62,124 bases of DNA, filler included, from 11 parts of 11 records of this genome joined end to end with filler, not necessarily neighbours in it; one strand, 5' to 3'; shown: positions 10,714 through 22,025, counted from the whole stretch's first letter. The notes: generated from the sequence alone by a model not told the origin. Numbers and translations are program-made.

Positions 10714-11618
10714 AGTCGGGAGTATTCGTACGTGTATGCGTTTGTGTGTGTAAGATGTGTGTTATAAGAGTATAGGGATGTTCGATCCCGTGGGGATATG
10801 AGGTATATTTCGAAGTATCTGTAGGGAAACAGTCACCCATGTCTAGCGTGTGATGCGATGACGAGAAGGTTTCCTGTAGAACTGACCGACTGCGCGTCAG
10901 AGGACAGACTCGGACGGGGAAGAGCTGTACATAAGGAGTGATATCTCTATTGTTATGTTATGTGTGGCTGTGGCGTGTGTGTGATATCAATAACATTCAC
11001 TATTTGTGAACATGATCGACTTGCCAGTTACGTTCCTCTTTGGATCCTCTAAATACCGATGCAGGAATTGTAGCAAACTAAAGCACTTTGGGCTTCTACG
11101 GAAGTCAGTCAGCTATAACGGCACGAAAGGCCGCGCTAGTGGATTCCGACTGATTCGCGTAGTAAGATGACCCTGTCTGCTGTTCATGCACTGCGTTCTG
11201 TCTGTTAAAGTAGCTAGGCAGTTTTTTTTGATCGGACTTGCGTAAATGAGAAGGTCTGAGGTCGTCCTCAATATCTTGTACGCTTTACCGCTTAGCAGTC
11301 CACCAATGACATCGTATGTTCCTGCCAAGTTTTGGGGAAAGCGAATCACGCGGGTCGGTGGAGAAAGCTACAACGGCACATTGTGCTGTGCTGTGGTGCC
11401 GGCGATGGGTTGTCCGATTTCCTCTTATGGTAATATCCGGGGATAGACGGAGTGTCGGCACGAACAGCGACCTGCTGTTTATGGAGATCGGAGGGAACGA
11501 TTGCGCGGCCGGGATTGTTGTTTCTACTCTCATTGCTTATCGCATTTATTACACGAGAAAGAGTCATCAATAGTTCGCATTAGACCACGGACGTAGCGGT
11601 ACCTATCGGTCACTTCTC

Positions 11619-12023
11619 ATGATCCCGTACAATCCCAGGGGCCTCTGGTGTCTGTTGCAACTGCATGGGTCTGTGGCAAAGTATATATGGGGAAGGGTGC
11701 TGGTTATCTTTGCCCTTTCGATTCTTGTCACGTTACTGCACTTTTACGCGATTGTAAATTTGGCCATCGGGGATACAGCACACTCCCTGGTTGGGGTCGT
11801 GCTTGGACTTATTCTCCTTTTTCGTACCAACAGCTGTAATGAGAAATACAACGAGGGTCGACGTCTCCTGGGTCAGATCAACAATTCCGGGCGAAACTTG
11901 TTTCGTGCGGGGTTCAGCTACATCCGGGGAGATGATGTGCGAGCATTCGAACTCAAAAACACGCTTCGGCGCTTGCTGACGGCTATGTTTATTGCGGTGA
12001 AGCACGCGCTGCGGAAGGTACTT
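11619..12023 (+). CDS. Bestrophin-like anion channel, YneE/VCCN (UPF0187) type, 5' fragment
   Basis: MIPYNP..LHGSV start, two TM segments, and HSLVGVVLGLILLFRTNSCNEKYNEGRRLLGQINNSGRNL, matching the family pattern LGLLLxFRxNxxYxRxxExRxxWGxxxNxxRNL; truncated at contig end (possible donor at 12018). Confidence 0.82.
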
Positions 12024-12123
12024 NNNNNNNNNNNNNNNNNNNNNNNNNNNNNNNNNNNNNNNNNNNNTTAATTAATTAANNNNNNNNNNNNNNNNNNNNN
12101 NNNNNNNNNNNNNNNNNNNNNNN
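12024..12123. other. Artificial contig linker 2
   Basis: N44-TTAATTAATTAA-N44. Confidence 0.99.
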
Positions 12124-12263
12124 TTACGCCACTTATTATTCTTATCTTAAGAAAACTCTTTATGCGGGAAATGTTCGAGTTTTGGGTATATGTATTCTCG
12201 CTCGGTATTTGTCTGGTTTGTGGTTGGTGGCTTTTTTGGGGACGGTTTATATTTTGCTATTAG
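12124..12263 (+). CDS. ygiZ: Inner membrane protein YgiZ, 3' fragment
   Basis: Translates TPLIILILRKLFMREMFEFWVYVFSLGICLVCGWWLFWGRFIFCY*; convergent with qseC as in E. coli K-12. Confidence 0.85.
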
Positions 12264-12308
12264 TAAAATCTATGAGAGTCGTTTTAACGGCTCTCATAGA
12301 CAGAGAAG

Positions 12309-13658
12309 TTACCAGCTTACCTTCGCCTCAAATCCACCTTGTTCCGCATTCCCAAATTCAACATTCATGCCATGCAATTTGGCGATTCGCTGGACAATCG
12401 ATAGCCCAAGCCCGCTGCCGGTAGCGGTTTGTCCGGGTGGGCGATAGAAGCGTTCGCCAATTCGCGCCAGTGCCTCTGGTGTCACACCGGGGCCGTTATC
12501 CCTCACGATGAAATTATCAGCATTCAGCGTGACGTCTACCACGCTGCCCTGTGGACTGTAGCGCACGGCGTTATCCAGCAAATTTCGCACCAACAAACTT
12601 AGCAATAGCGGTTGCCCGGTGCGTTTGATGCTGTGGGCATTGAGTGTCAGTCGCACGTCAATTTTCGCCTGCTGCGCCGTGTGGTAAATATCCATCACCG
12701 ACGATTGCAGGAGATCTTCAAGCGGGATCTCCGCGACGTCCTGAAGGTTATCCAGTGAGTCCAGCCGCGATAGCGTGAGCAGTTGATCAACCAGACGAGT
12801 AGCGCGATCGATCCCGGAATGTAATTGGAGCAGTGCTTTTTTCCGCGCCTGCGGATCATCGTCAGAGAGCTGCGCAACTTCGGTTTGCACTTTCAGCGCC
12901 GTTAACGGGCTACGAAGTTCGTGAGCTGCGTCGGAGGTAAAGCGTCGTTCACGAACCATCATCGCATGTGTGCGGGCGAACAGTTGATTTAGCGACTCAA
13001 CCAGTGGCCGCACTTCGCTGGGTACGCCAGTCGCGTTTAGTGGTTTTTCCGAGTCAGGGTCACGCATACGTAGTGCCAGCGCCAGTTTGTTCAGCGGCGC
13101 GAGTTCACGACCCAGTAGTACCATCATGATGATTAACATAATCGGCAGTGCGACCAGCCACGGGATCAATTGCCCGGCAACAATCGCCAGCGCCATGTCT
13201 TCACGGTATTCCCATTCCTGGCCAACAACGATGCGATATTTGCCATCAGGTGAGGTCATCCAGACAAAACGCCAAGGATCGTCTTCACCGACCAGTTGCC
13301 CGTCAGCAAAACCTTCCCGTTGATAGCTATAGGGAATATCTTCTCCGTTATCGCCATCATTAAGGACCATTCTGCCGTCGTGGGTAAAGATGGCAAAGGT
13401 CAGCGCATCGTCATCAACATGACCGTGTTTTAATCTATTTGGCGTCTGTGCCATGCGATCCGCCGCGTTGATTTCGTTGAGATCGAGCGTACTTAACCGC
13501 TTGGCAAACAGCATCAGTTGGGTGTCGAACAATTCATCGACGTTATCCGTTGTTTGTTTCCAGGCGACAAAGCTGGAAAGCAGCCAGGTCACCGAGGCCA
13601 GAATTAAAAAGATTAGCGTCAGCCTGACGCGCAGACTAAGACGTTGGGTAAATTTCAT
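12309..13658 (-). CDS. qseC: Sensor histidine kinase QseC
   Basis: 449 aa; AAHELRSP H-box, [10 protein letters not shown]-box, [10 protein letters not shown]2-box. Confidence 0.98.
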
Positions 13659-14314
13659 TTCTCACCTAATGTGTAACCAATACCATGCACGGTACGAATA
13701 AAATCACTACCGAGTTTGCGTCGCAGATGATGCACATGCACTTCAACGGCATTACTGGTGACCTCTTCGTCCCAGGTATACAGTTTCTCTTCAATCAGTT
13801 TGCGCGACAGTACCCGACCAGCGTTACGCATCAGTAATTCCAGCAGGGCAAATTCTTTTGGTTTCAGTGTTAAGGGTTCGCCAGCCAGCGTGGCGATACG
13901 TTTGCCGGGGTCGAGCATGACGTTACCGTGGCGCAGCTCGTTGCTGGCCTGGCCGTTGGTTCGGCGCATCAGAGCTTCCAGCCTGGCGGCGACTTCTATC
14001 AACGCAAAAGGTTTACACAGATAATCGTCAGCTCCCAGACGCAGCCCTTCTACACGTTCCGCCAGCGCATCGCGCGCGGTCAGGATCAGTACCGGCTCAC
14101 GCTGACCTTTTTCTCGCCATTCGCGCAAAATATCGCGACCATCCATGCCTGGTAAGGTTAAATCCAGGATCACCGCATCATAAGGTGCGCTATAAAGCGC
14201 CTCTTTTCCCTGACGACCTTGTGTAAACCAGTCGACGCTAAAACCCATTTTACTAAGGCCCGTTTTGATGCCGTCGCCAATCAGCATGTCATCTTCTATC
14301 AGTAAAATTCGCAT
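13655..14314 (-). CDS. qseB: OmpR-family response regulator QseB
   Basis: 219 aa MRILLIEDD...; 4-nt overlap with qseC. Confidence 0.98.
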
Positions 14315-14465
14315 TTTTTCATCCCTGCGATAACCGTATTTGCTGCCAGTAAACCGTGTTGTAACGCGCTCTGTACAGCACTAAATTTTATTTTTTTCCC
14401 TTAAGAAGTTGTTAAGGACTATCTTGTTAAATGCTCGGAAACAGACATTAAAGGGAGTAATAAAC

Positions 14466-14858
14466 ATGAAAAAATTCGCAGCAGTAATCGCAGTAATGGC
14501 CCTGTGCAGCGCACCGGTGATGGCAGCAGAGCAGGGCGGTTTTTCTGGCCCATCGGCAACGCAAAGTCAGGCCGGAGGATTCCAGGGGCCGAACGGCAGC
14601 GTAACGACTGTAGAAAGCGCAAAATCCCTGCGTGACGACACCTGGGTAACCCTGCGCGGCAATATCGTTGAACGCATCTCTGACGATCTCTACGTGTTCA
14701 AAGATGCCAGCGGTACTATCAATGTTGATATCGACCACAAACGCTGGAACGGCGTGACGGTGACGCCGAAAGATACGGTTGAGATTCAGGGTGAAGTCGA
14801 TAAAGACTGGAATTCTGTTGAAATTGACGTCAAACAGATCCGCAAAGTAAATCCGTAA
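14466..14858 (+). CDS. ygiW: BOF-family periplasmic stress protein YgiW
   Basis: MKKFAAVIAV signal peptide; DDTWVTLRGNI and FKDASGTINVDID motifs; 130 aa. Confidence 0.97.
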   Translation: MKKFAAVIAVMALCSAPVMAAEQGGFSGPSATQSQAGGFQGPNGSVTTVESAKSLRDDTWVTLRGNIVERISDDLYVFKDASGTINVDIDHKRWNGVTVTPKDTVEIQGEVDKDWNSVEIDVKQIRKVNP

Positions 14859-14910
14859 TTGTTACCGCTCCCGGGACGCGTTCCCGGGAATAATTTCGCA
14901 GGGAGGCAAA

Positions 14911-15393
14911 ATGACAAACCTGACACTGGATGTAAACATTATCGATTTCCCATCAATACCTGTGGCGATGTTGCCGCACCGCTGTAGCCCTGAATTGCTC
15001 AACTACAGCGTGGCGAAATTTATCATGTGGCGTAAAGAGACGGGGCTTTCTCCTGTTAACCAAAGCCAGACTTTTGGCGTCGCCTGGGACGACCCTGCCA
15101 CCACCGCACCGGAAGCGTTTCGCTTTGATATCTGCGGCAGCGTTAGCGAACCGATTCCCGATAATCGTTATGGTGTGAGCAATGGTGAACTTACCGGTGG
15201 ACGTTATGCCGTGGCCCGCCACGTTGGCGAGCTGGACGATATTTCACACACGGTATGGGGCATCATTCGCCACTGGCTGCCTGCAAGCGGCGAGAAAATG
15301 CGTAAAGCACCGATTCTGTTTCACTACACCAATCTTGCCGAAGGGGTGACAGAGCAGCGACTGGAAACGGATGTTTATGTGCCGTTGGCGTGA
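14911..15393 (+). CDS. ygiV: GyrI-like domain regulator YgiV
   Basis: 160 aa; DDPATTAPEAFRFDIC and WLPASG motifs; K-12 gene order. Confidence 0.95.
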   Translation: MTNLTLDVNIIDFPSIPVAMLPHRCSPELLNYSVAKFIMWRKETGLSPVNQSQTFGVAWDDPATTAPEAFRFDICGSVSEPIPDNRYGVSNGELTGGRYAVARHVGELDDISHTVWGIIRHWLPASGEKMRKAPILFHYTNLAEGVTEQRLETDVYVPLA

Positions 15394-15522
15394 TGCCTGA
15401 CTCCAGCTTCCCTTATAAATTCCTGCTTCAAACTGGCGCTACTAATGCGCCACTTTCTTATATGGTCAATCACTTTCCTTAAAGAATACGTTTTGTGTGG
15501 TCACTATCTCCGTACATCTAAC

Positions 15523-15569
15523 TAACCTTTTAGGTGCTTTTTCATTGCTGTAATTAACCTTTTAGGTTA
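15523..15569. promoter_or_regulatory. Two MqsA operator palindromes in the mqsRA promoter
   Basis: TAACCTTTTAGGTGC (15523-15537) and TAACCTTTTAGGTTA (15555-15569). Confidence 0.9.
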
Positions 15570-15597
15570 TAACTAAAGTAACAGGGAGGCGGGGGTT

Positions 15598-15894
15598 ATG
15601 GAAAAACGCACACCACATACACGTTTGAGTCAGGTTAAAAAACTTGTCAATGCCGGGCAAGTTCGTACAACACGTAGTGCCCTGTTAAATGCAGATGAGT
15701 TAGGTTTGGATTTTGATGGTATGTGTAATGTTATCATTGGATTATCAGAGAGCGACTTTTATAAAAGCATGACCACCTACTCTGATCATACTATCTGGCA
15801 GGATGTTTACAGACCCAGGCTTGTTACAGGCCAGGTTTATCTTAAAATTACGGTAATTCATGACGTACTGATCGTCTCGTTTAAGGAGAAGTAA
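15598..15894 (+). CDS. mqsR: mRNA interferase toxin MqsR
   Basis: 98 aa MEKRTPHTRLSQVKK...FYKSMTT...WQDVY...SFKEK. Confidence 0.99.
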   Translation: MEKRTPHTRLSQVKKLVNAGQVRTTRSALLNADELGLDFDGMCNVIIGLSESDFYKSMTTYSDHTIWQDVYRPRLVTGQVYLKITVIHDVLIVSFKEK

Positions 15895-15895
15895 T

Positions 15896-16291
15896 ATGAA
15901 ATGTCCGGTTTGCCACCAGGGAGAAATGGTTTCTGGCATTAAAGATATTCCATACACCTTCCGTGGACGAAAAACAGTATTGAAAGGTATCCACGGTTTA
16001 TATTGTGTCCATTGCGAAGAGAGCATCATGAATAAAGAAGAGTCAGATGCTTTCATGGCGCAAGTAAAGGCATTTCGGGCTTCGGTGAATGCCGAAACAG
16101 TGGCACCTGAATTTATAGTGAAGGTTCGAAAAAAGCTCTCTCTTACCCAAAAAGAGGCAAGCGAAATTTTTGGGGGAGGTGTAAATGCGTTTTCGCGTTA
16201 CGAAAAAGGCAATGCCCAACCTCATCCTTCCACAATCAAACTTTTACGTGTTCTGGATAAGCATCCAGAACTATTGAATGAAATCCGTTAA
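15896..16291 (+). CDS. mqsA: Antitoxin and transcriptional repressor MqsA
   Basis: 131 aa; CPVC/CVHC zinc site and HTH (LTQKEASEIFGGGVNAFSRYEKG). Confidence 0.99.
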   Translation: MKCPVCHQGEMVSGIKDIPYTFRGRKTVLKGIHGLYCVHCEESIMNKEESDAFMAQVKAFRASVNAETVAPEFIVKVRKKLSLTQKEASEIFGGGVNAFSRYEKGNAQPHPSTIKLLRVLDKHPELLNEIR

Positions 16292-16423
16292 TTAATGGAA
16301 AAGCGGGGGCAACTCGCTTTTTTCTTTACCGGAGTGTGAGCCAAATCACTCGCGATAAGTTTGAGCGAACAATGCCACAGGCGTATTGTTGTTGGGCTTA
16401 TAATTTCTCCGGTAAGGAATACC

Positions 16424-18031
16424 ATGTATACGCGAAATTTATTATGGCTGGTCAGCCTGGTAAGTGCGGCTCCTCTCTACGCTGCTGACGTTCCCGCCAA
16501 CACACCGCTCGCCCCGCAACAAGTCTTTCGTTACAACAATCATAGCGACCCAGGTACGCTCGACCCGCAAAAGGTGGAGGAGAATACTGCCGCGCAGATT
16601 GTGCTGGATCTGTTTGAAGGTCTGGTATGGATGGACGGTGAAGGCCAGGTGCAGCCCGCTCAGGCTGAACGCTGGGAGATACTGGACGGCGGCAAGCGCT
16701 ATATTTTCCATCTGCGTAGCGGTTTGCAGTGGTCCGACGGTCAGCCTCTGACGGCAGAGGATTTTGTCCTCGGCTGGCAGCGCGCGGTTGACCCGAAAAC
16801 GGCAAGCCCTTTTGCTGGCTATCTGGCACAGGCGCACATTAACAATGCCGCAGCTATTGTTGCGGGTAAAGCAGATGTTACATCGCTGGGTGTCAAAGCG
16901 ACGGATGATCGTACTCTTGAAGTTACGCTTGAGCAGCCGGTTCCTTGGTTCACGACGATGCTCGCCTGGCCGACGCTGTTCCCGGTTCCTCATCATGTCA
17001 TCGCTAAACATGGCGATAGCTGGAGTAAGCCAGAGAACATGGTTTACAACGGTGCCTTTGTGCTTGATCAGTGGGTAGTTAACGAAAAGATTACTGCACG
17101 CAAAAATCCAAAGTACCGCGATGCGCAACATACAGTATTGCAACAGGTTGAGTATCTGGCGCTAGATAATTCGGTCACCGGCTATAACCGCTATCGCGCG
17201 GGAGAGGTCGATCTCACCTGGGTTCCGGCGCAGCAAATTCCCGCCATTGAAAAATCACTGCCTGGCGAGCTACGAATTATTCCGCGTCTGAACAGCGAAT
17301 ATTACAACTTCAACCTTGAGAAACCGCCATTTAACGATGTGCGAGTGCGTCGGGCGCTATATCTTACGGTTGATCGACAGCTTATTGCGCAAAAGGTACT
17401 GGGGTTGAGAACGCCCGCAACCACGCTGACGCCGCCAGAGGTAAAAGGCTTTAGCGCGACGACGTTCGATGAACTGCAAAAGCCAATGAGTGAGCGCGTC
17501 GCGATGGCAAAAGCCTTGCTGAAACAGGCGGGATACGACGCCTCTCATCCGCTACGCTTTGAGCTGTTCTACAACAAGTACGATCTGCATGAAAAGACCG
17601 CGATAGCGTTGTCTTCCGAATGGAAAAAATGGCTGGGTGCACAGGTGACGCTGCGCACAATGGAGTGGAAAACCTATCTTGATGCCCGACGAGCCGGTGA
17701 TTTCATGCTGTCTCGGCAGTCGTGGGATGCGACGTACAATGATGCTTCCAGCTTCCTGAACACGCTCAAAAGCGATAGTGAAGAAAACGTCGGTCACTGG
17801 AAAAATGCGCAGTATGACGCCTTACTAAACCAGGCCACGCAGATCACTGATGCGACAAAGCGTAATGCGTTGTATCAGCAGGCAGAAGTGATCATCAACC
17901 AACAGGCACCGCTGATTCCTATCTACTATCAGCCGTTAATCAAACTGCTTAAACCCTACGTTGGCGGTTTTCCGCTGCATAATCCCCAGGATTATGTCTA
18001 CAGCAAAGAGTTGTATATCAAGGCACATTGA
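16424..18031 (+). CDS. ygiS: OppA-like (family 5) periplasmic binding protein YgiS
   Basis: 535 aa from ATG 16424 after AAGGA; TLDPQ, DLFEGL, WSDGQPLTAEDF, FNDVRVRRAL motifs. Confidence 0.95.
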   Translation: MYTRNLLWLVSLVSAAPLYAADVPANTPLAPQQVFRYNNHSDPGTLDPQKVEENTAAQIVLDLFEGLVWMDGEGQVQPAQAERWEILDGGKRYIFHLRSGLQWSDGQPLTAEDFVLGWQRAVDPKTASPFAGYLAQAHINNAAAIVAGKADVTSLGVKATDDRTLEVTLEQPVPWFTTMLAWPTLFPVPHHVIAKHGDSWSKPENMVYNGAFVLDQWVVNEKITARKNPKYRDAQHTVLQQVEYLALDNSVTGYNRYRAGEVDLTWVPAQQIPAIEKSLPGELRIIPRLNSEYYNFNLEKPPFNDVRVRRALYLTVDRQLIAQKVLGLRTPATTLTPPEVKGFSATTFDELQKPMSERVAMAKALLKQAGYDASHPLRFELFYNKYDLHEKTAIALSSEWKKWLGAQVTLRTMEWKTYLDARRAGDFMLSRQSWDATYNDASSFLNTLKSDSEENVGHWKNAQYDALLNQATQITDATKRNALYQQAEVIINQQAPLIPIYYQPLIKLLKPYVGGFPLHNPQDYVYSKELYIKAH

Positions 18032-18168
18032 TGCCTTTATCGCCGTCGGAGCACGTCCGGCGGCGCTATTCACGTTGATCTCCTGTGACTCGACGCGGCA
18101 GATAATGTAGTATCTCCGGCAATATTGCCCCTTTGAAGGCTGGCGAATAAGTTGAGGAATCAGAATTA

Positions 18169-19476
18169 ATGAGCGATATGGCAGAGCGCCTTGCGCTACA
18201 TGAATTTACGGAAAACGCCTACTTAAACTACTCCATGTACGTGATCATGGACCGTGCGTTGCCGTTTATTGGTGATGGTCTGAAACCTGTTCAGCGCCGC
18301 ATTGTGTATGCGATGTCTGAACTGGGCCTGAATGCCAGCGCCAAATTTAAAAAATCGGCCCGTACCGTCGGTGACGTACTGGGTAAATACCATCCGCACG
18401 GCGATAGCGCCTGTTATGAAGCGATGGTCCTGATGGCGCAACCGTTCTCTTACCGTTATCCGCTGGTTGATGGTCAGGGGAACTGGGGCGCGCCGGACGA
18501 TCCGAAATCGTTCGCGGCAATGCGTTACACCGAATCCCGGTTGTCGAAATATTCCGAGCTGCTATTGAGCGAGCTGGGGCAGGGGACGGCTGACTGGGTG
18601 CCAAACTTCGACGGCACTTTGCAGGAGCCGAAAATGCTACCTGCCCGTCTGCCAAACATTTTGCTTAACGGCACCACCGGTATTGCCGTCGGCATGGCGA
18701 CCGATATTCCACCGCATAACCTGCGTGAAGTGGCTCAGGCGGCAATCGCATTAATCGACCAGCCGAAAACCACGCTCGATCAGCTGCTGGATATCGTGCA
18801 GGGGCCGGATTATCCGACTGAAGCGGAAATTATCACTTCGCGCGCCGAGATCCGTAAAATCTACGAGAACGGACGTGGTTCAGTGCGTATGCGCGCGGTG
18901 TGGAAGAAAGAAGATGGCGCGGTGGTTATCAGCGCATTGCCGCATCAGGTTTCAGGTGCGCGCGTACTGGAGCAAATTGCTGCGCAAATGCGCAACAAAA
19001 AGCTGCCGATGGTTGACGATCTGCGCGATGAATCTGACCACGAGAACCCGACCCGCCTGGTGATTGTGCCGCGTTCCAACCGCGTGGATATGGATCAGGT
19101 GATGAACCACCTCTTCGCTACCACCGATCTGGAAAAGAGCTATCGTATTAACCTTAATATGATCGGTCTGGATGGTCGTCCGGCGGTGAAAAACCTGCTG
19201 GAAATCCTCTCCGAATGGCTGGTGTTCCGCCGCGATACCGTGCGCCGCCGACTGAACTATCGTCTGGAGAAAGTCCTCAAGCGCCTGCATATCCTCGAAG
19301 GTTTGCTGGTGGCGTTTCTCAATATCGACGAAGTGATTGAGATCATTCGTAATGAAGATGAACCGAAACCGGCGCTGATGTCGCGGTTTGGCCTTACGGA
19401 AACCCAGGCGGAAGCGATCCTCGAACTGAAACTGCGTCATCTTGCCAAACTGGAAGAGATGAAGATTCGCGGTGAG
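18169..19476 (+). CDS. parC: DNA topoisomerase IV subunit A, 5' fragment
   Basis: [10 protein letters not shown]...; [12 protein letters not shown] (wild-type S80/E84 QRDR); AAMRYTE catalytic Tyr; truncated by linker. Confidence 0.99.
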
Positions 19477-19576
19477 NNNNNNNNNNNNNNNNNNNNNNNN
19501 NNNNNNNNNNNNNNNNNNNNTTAATTAATTAANNNNNNNNNNNNNNNNNNNNNNNNNNNNNNNNNNNNNNNNNNNN
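19477..19576. other. Artificial contig linker 3
   Basis: N44-TTAATTAATTAA-N44. Confidence 0.99.
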
Positions 19577-19598
19577 GTGTGTGTGTGTGTGTGTGTGT
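19577..19598. repeat. (GT)n microsatellite at contig edge (intronic)
   Basis: Pure GT run directly after the linker. Confidence 0.9.
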
Positions 19599-19814
19599 AT
19601 GTTGTCCCTCTGGTGTGCGTGCGTTTCTGTGCGTGATTGTGTTTGTGTGCCACTTCACCGCACAGGTCCATACATCCCTCACACCCTGTCTGTCTGCGTC
19701 CATAGTTCACGCTACTCACCATTCCGTGTTTGTGTCTCCGTGTGTCTTGTGTCTCTTCTATGTCGCTGTGTATGTATCCGTGTCTCTATACTCAACCTAT
19801 TTGTGTATGCGCAG

Positions 19815-19939
19815 TGGAGTTTGCCTCAGTTACACGGGAAGGCTCTCAGGTCAAATTCTCCATCTTTGATGCCAAACGCGTGGATGAGCTGCTGGCGGTG
19901 GCCAACGCGGAGGCACAGGCCGCCAAGGAGAAGGAATAG
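19815..19939 (+). CDS. Last exon of a eukaryotic gene, probably 20S proteasome subunit alpha-3 (PSMA4/Pre9-like)
   Basis: After a GT-rich intron ending GCGCAG: (V/L)EFASVTREGSQVKFSIFDAKRVDELLAVANAEAQAAKEKE*, which resembles the alpha-3 C-terminus (VEIATLTRENGK...EVEQLI...EAKAEREK). Confidence 0.55.
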
Positions 19940-20288
19940 GCAAAGACACACAAACAGAGACAGACAGATACAGATAGCCCGCAGAGGAAAACACAAGACC
20001 TACGCTAGTGTGTGTCTGTGTTGTGTCGCTGTGGGGAGTCGGAGTCATGCATACACATAGGAAGCTGGTGTGTGTGGTGGCAGATGATGTGAATACAGAT
20101 AAACAAGTGCGCAACCAACTCCGACTATGTGTGCGTATGTATATTCTTCGTACGAGTCACTTCAGGAGCATAATGAACACTATTGGGCGTGTTGGTGTAA
20201 CGATGCGGCTGTCGATATATGCGCAAATATCGGCATGAGAGAGGAGACACAACAGCCACAGAGTTTGGTTTGCGGTTTATTAAGGGGC

Positions 20289-21268
20289 TTATGCCTCGTG
20301 CACCTTCCGCGCACCACGAATGCGACCAGTGCGGCGAGCACCGATGAGACCAACCTTCTGGCCGGGGGGAGCATAGCGGGAGACAGTCGACGCGTGACCA
20401 ATGTGTTGATGGTTTCCACCACCGTGAGGGTGATCCACAGGCTGCACAGCAACACACAGTCAGGCACACGGGACTGGGGGAGAAAGAGGAGGAAACGTAC
20501 GTTCATGGCAACACCGCGAGTTCGAGGCCACTCGTGGCGCTTAGCCTTGTACTTGTGGTAAGCGCGACCAGCCTTCATGATGGGCTTGTCGATACGTCCA
20601 CCACCAGCCACAATGCCGACCATGGCACGAGCTGACGAGGAAACCACCTTCTTGGCACCAGAGGGCAGCTTCACACGGGTCTTGTTCTCATCGGGGTTGT
20701 GCGCCACGATGGTGGCATACAGACCAGAGGCGCGAGCAAGGCGTCCGCGGTCACCAGCCTTCTCCTCCACGTTGCAGATGGTGGTACCTTCGGGCAGAGA
20801 ACCCAGAGGAAGCACGTTGCCGATGGACAACTCAGCTGAACGCAATGCGTCAAAACACACTCTTACCCTAATCCAAAAGCGCACATACCCTTCTTGCCAC
20901 AGTAGACAAACTGGCCAGAGTACATGCCCTCAGCAGCGATGAAGTTCTCAGTTACCTGCCTGTACTTGTTGGGGTGGCGGAACTGAACAACGGCCAAAGG
21001 AGCACCACGTCCGGGATCGTGGATGATATCCTTGACCAAACCCTTAATGTAACCATTGCGCTCCGAGAAATCAAGCTTGCGGAACTTAGCCGGACCCTTG
21101 CGATGGGTGCTGACCGACTGCAATACGCATAAACATAACGCAAAAACACCAGCAAAACCGCCCATACCTTGAAGATGCCACCGGCACCGCGCCTCTGAGC
21201 TAAAAATCGACAGCATAAGACACAGAACACGAAGGAGATAGTAACTTACATCGGATGACGCGCCCCAT
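20289..21268 (-). CDS. RPL8: 60S ribosomal protein uL2 (L8), 5 exons (21268-21250, 21199-21168, 21117-20889, 20835-20501, 20441-20289), 255 aa
   Basis: Spliced product [17 protein letters not shown]...[12 protein letters not shown]...GGGRIDKP...[21 protein letters not shown]; four GT..AG introns of 50, 50, 53 and 59 nt, all in phase. Confidence 0.98.
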
Positions 21269-21655
21269 TGCTGATGGTTCAACCTTGGGCCAAAGAGAAA
21301 GAACCCAGGTGCGGATGCCTCAAATGCAGCCCCCTCTACGAATTTGCATTTCGTTGCGATAGCGATCATTGTTGTTAGCGGCATATACCCGCCCTTGTGT
21401 CGCGTGTAGCTTCCGCGAAATTTCGCATTGCCTCATCACAAAATGATTCGTGTACATCTGGGTTTTCCGGTGCTTTCGTAAGCACACGCAACGACGTATG
21501 CTTCCGTCCCACTATCTCGCCTCCCTCATGTGGTGTTTTCGTTCCCCCACCACACCCTTGTTTCGTGACAACACACCTGTTGCTGAGTTCACAGCCCTCT
21601 CTAACTTGCGTTTTAAAGCGTGGCTGCGCTCGCAAAGATACCTGCCATGGAAAAA

Positions 21656-21755
21656 NNNNNNNNNNNNNNNNNNNNNNNNNNNNNNNNNNNNNNNNNNNNT
21701 TAATTAATTAANNNNNNNNNNNNNNNNNNNNNNNNNNNNNNNNNNNNNNNNNNNN
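21656..21755. other. Artificial contig linker 4
   Basis: N44-TTAATTAATTAA-N44. Confidence 0.99.
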
Positions 21756-21780
21756 AAAAGCGCCCTAAAGGCGCTTTTTT
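21756..21780 (+). terminator. Rho-independent terminator upstream of nadA
   Basis: AAAAGCGCC-CTAAA-GGCGCTTTTTT hairpin plus U tract (in K-12 this follows the lys tRNA cluster). Confidence 0.75.
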
Positions 21781-21935
21781 GCTATTCAGGCATCCTCAAT
21801 TTCACTTTGTAAACCTGATGACATCGTCAGAGCTTACTGTGCAAGCAACTCTATGTCGGTGGAATTAGGCGTAAAATGACGCATCCTGCACATTAGGCGT
21901 AATTCGAGTGACTTTTCCCCACCATTCGACTATCT

Positions 21936-21953
21936 TGTTTAGCATATAAAACA
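21936..21953. promoter_or_regulatory. NadR box
   Basis: TGTTTA-GCATAT-AAAACA versus consensus TGTTTA-N6-TAAACA, upstream of nadA. Confidence 0.75.
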
Positions 21954-22025
21954 AATTACACCGATAACAGCGAATATTACGCTAATGTCGGTTTTAACGT
22001 TAAGCCTGTAAAACGAGATGGTAAG

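Noticed and set aside
10714..11618. Short ORFs between the twin-domain gene and the bestrophin (also 5868-6739)
   Set aside because: No motif, codon bias or consistent splice pattern was found; treated as UTR or intergenic.
4571..12309. Apparent insertion of eukaryotic genes into an E. coli chromosome (or bacterial HGT into a eukaryote)
   Set aside because: Every transition coincides with a synthetic N-linker and the flanking bacterial blocks are from unlinked loci, so adjacency is an assembly artefact.
15598..16291. mqsRA as a novel toxin-antitoxin or defence system
   Set aside because: Well-characterised E. coli K-12 locus in its usual context.
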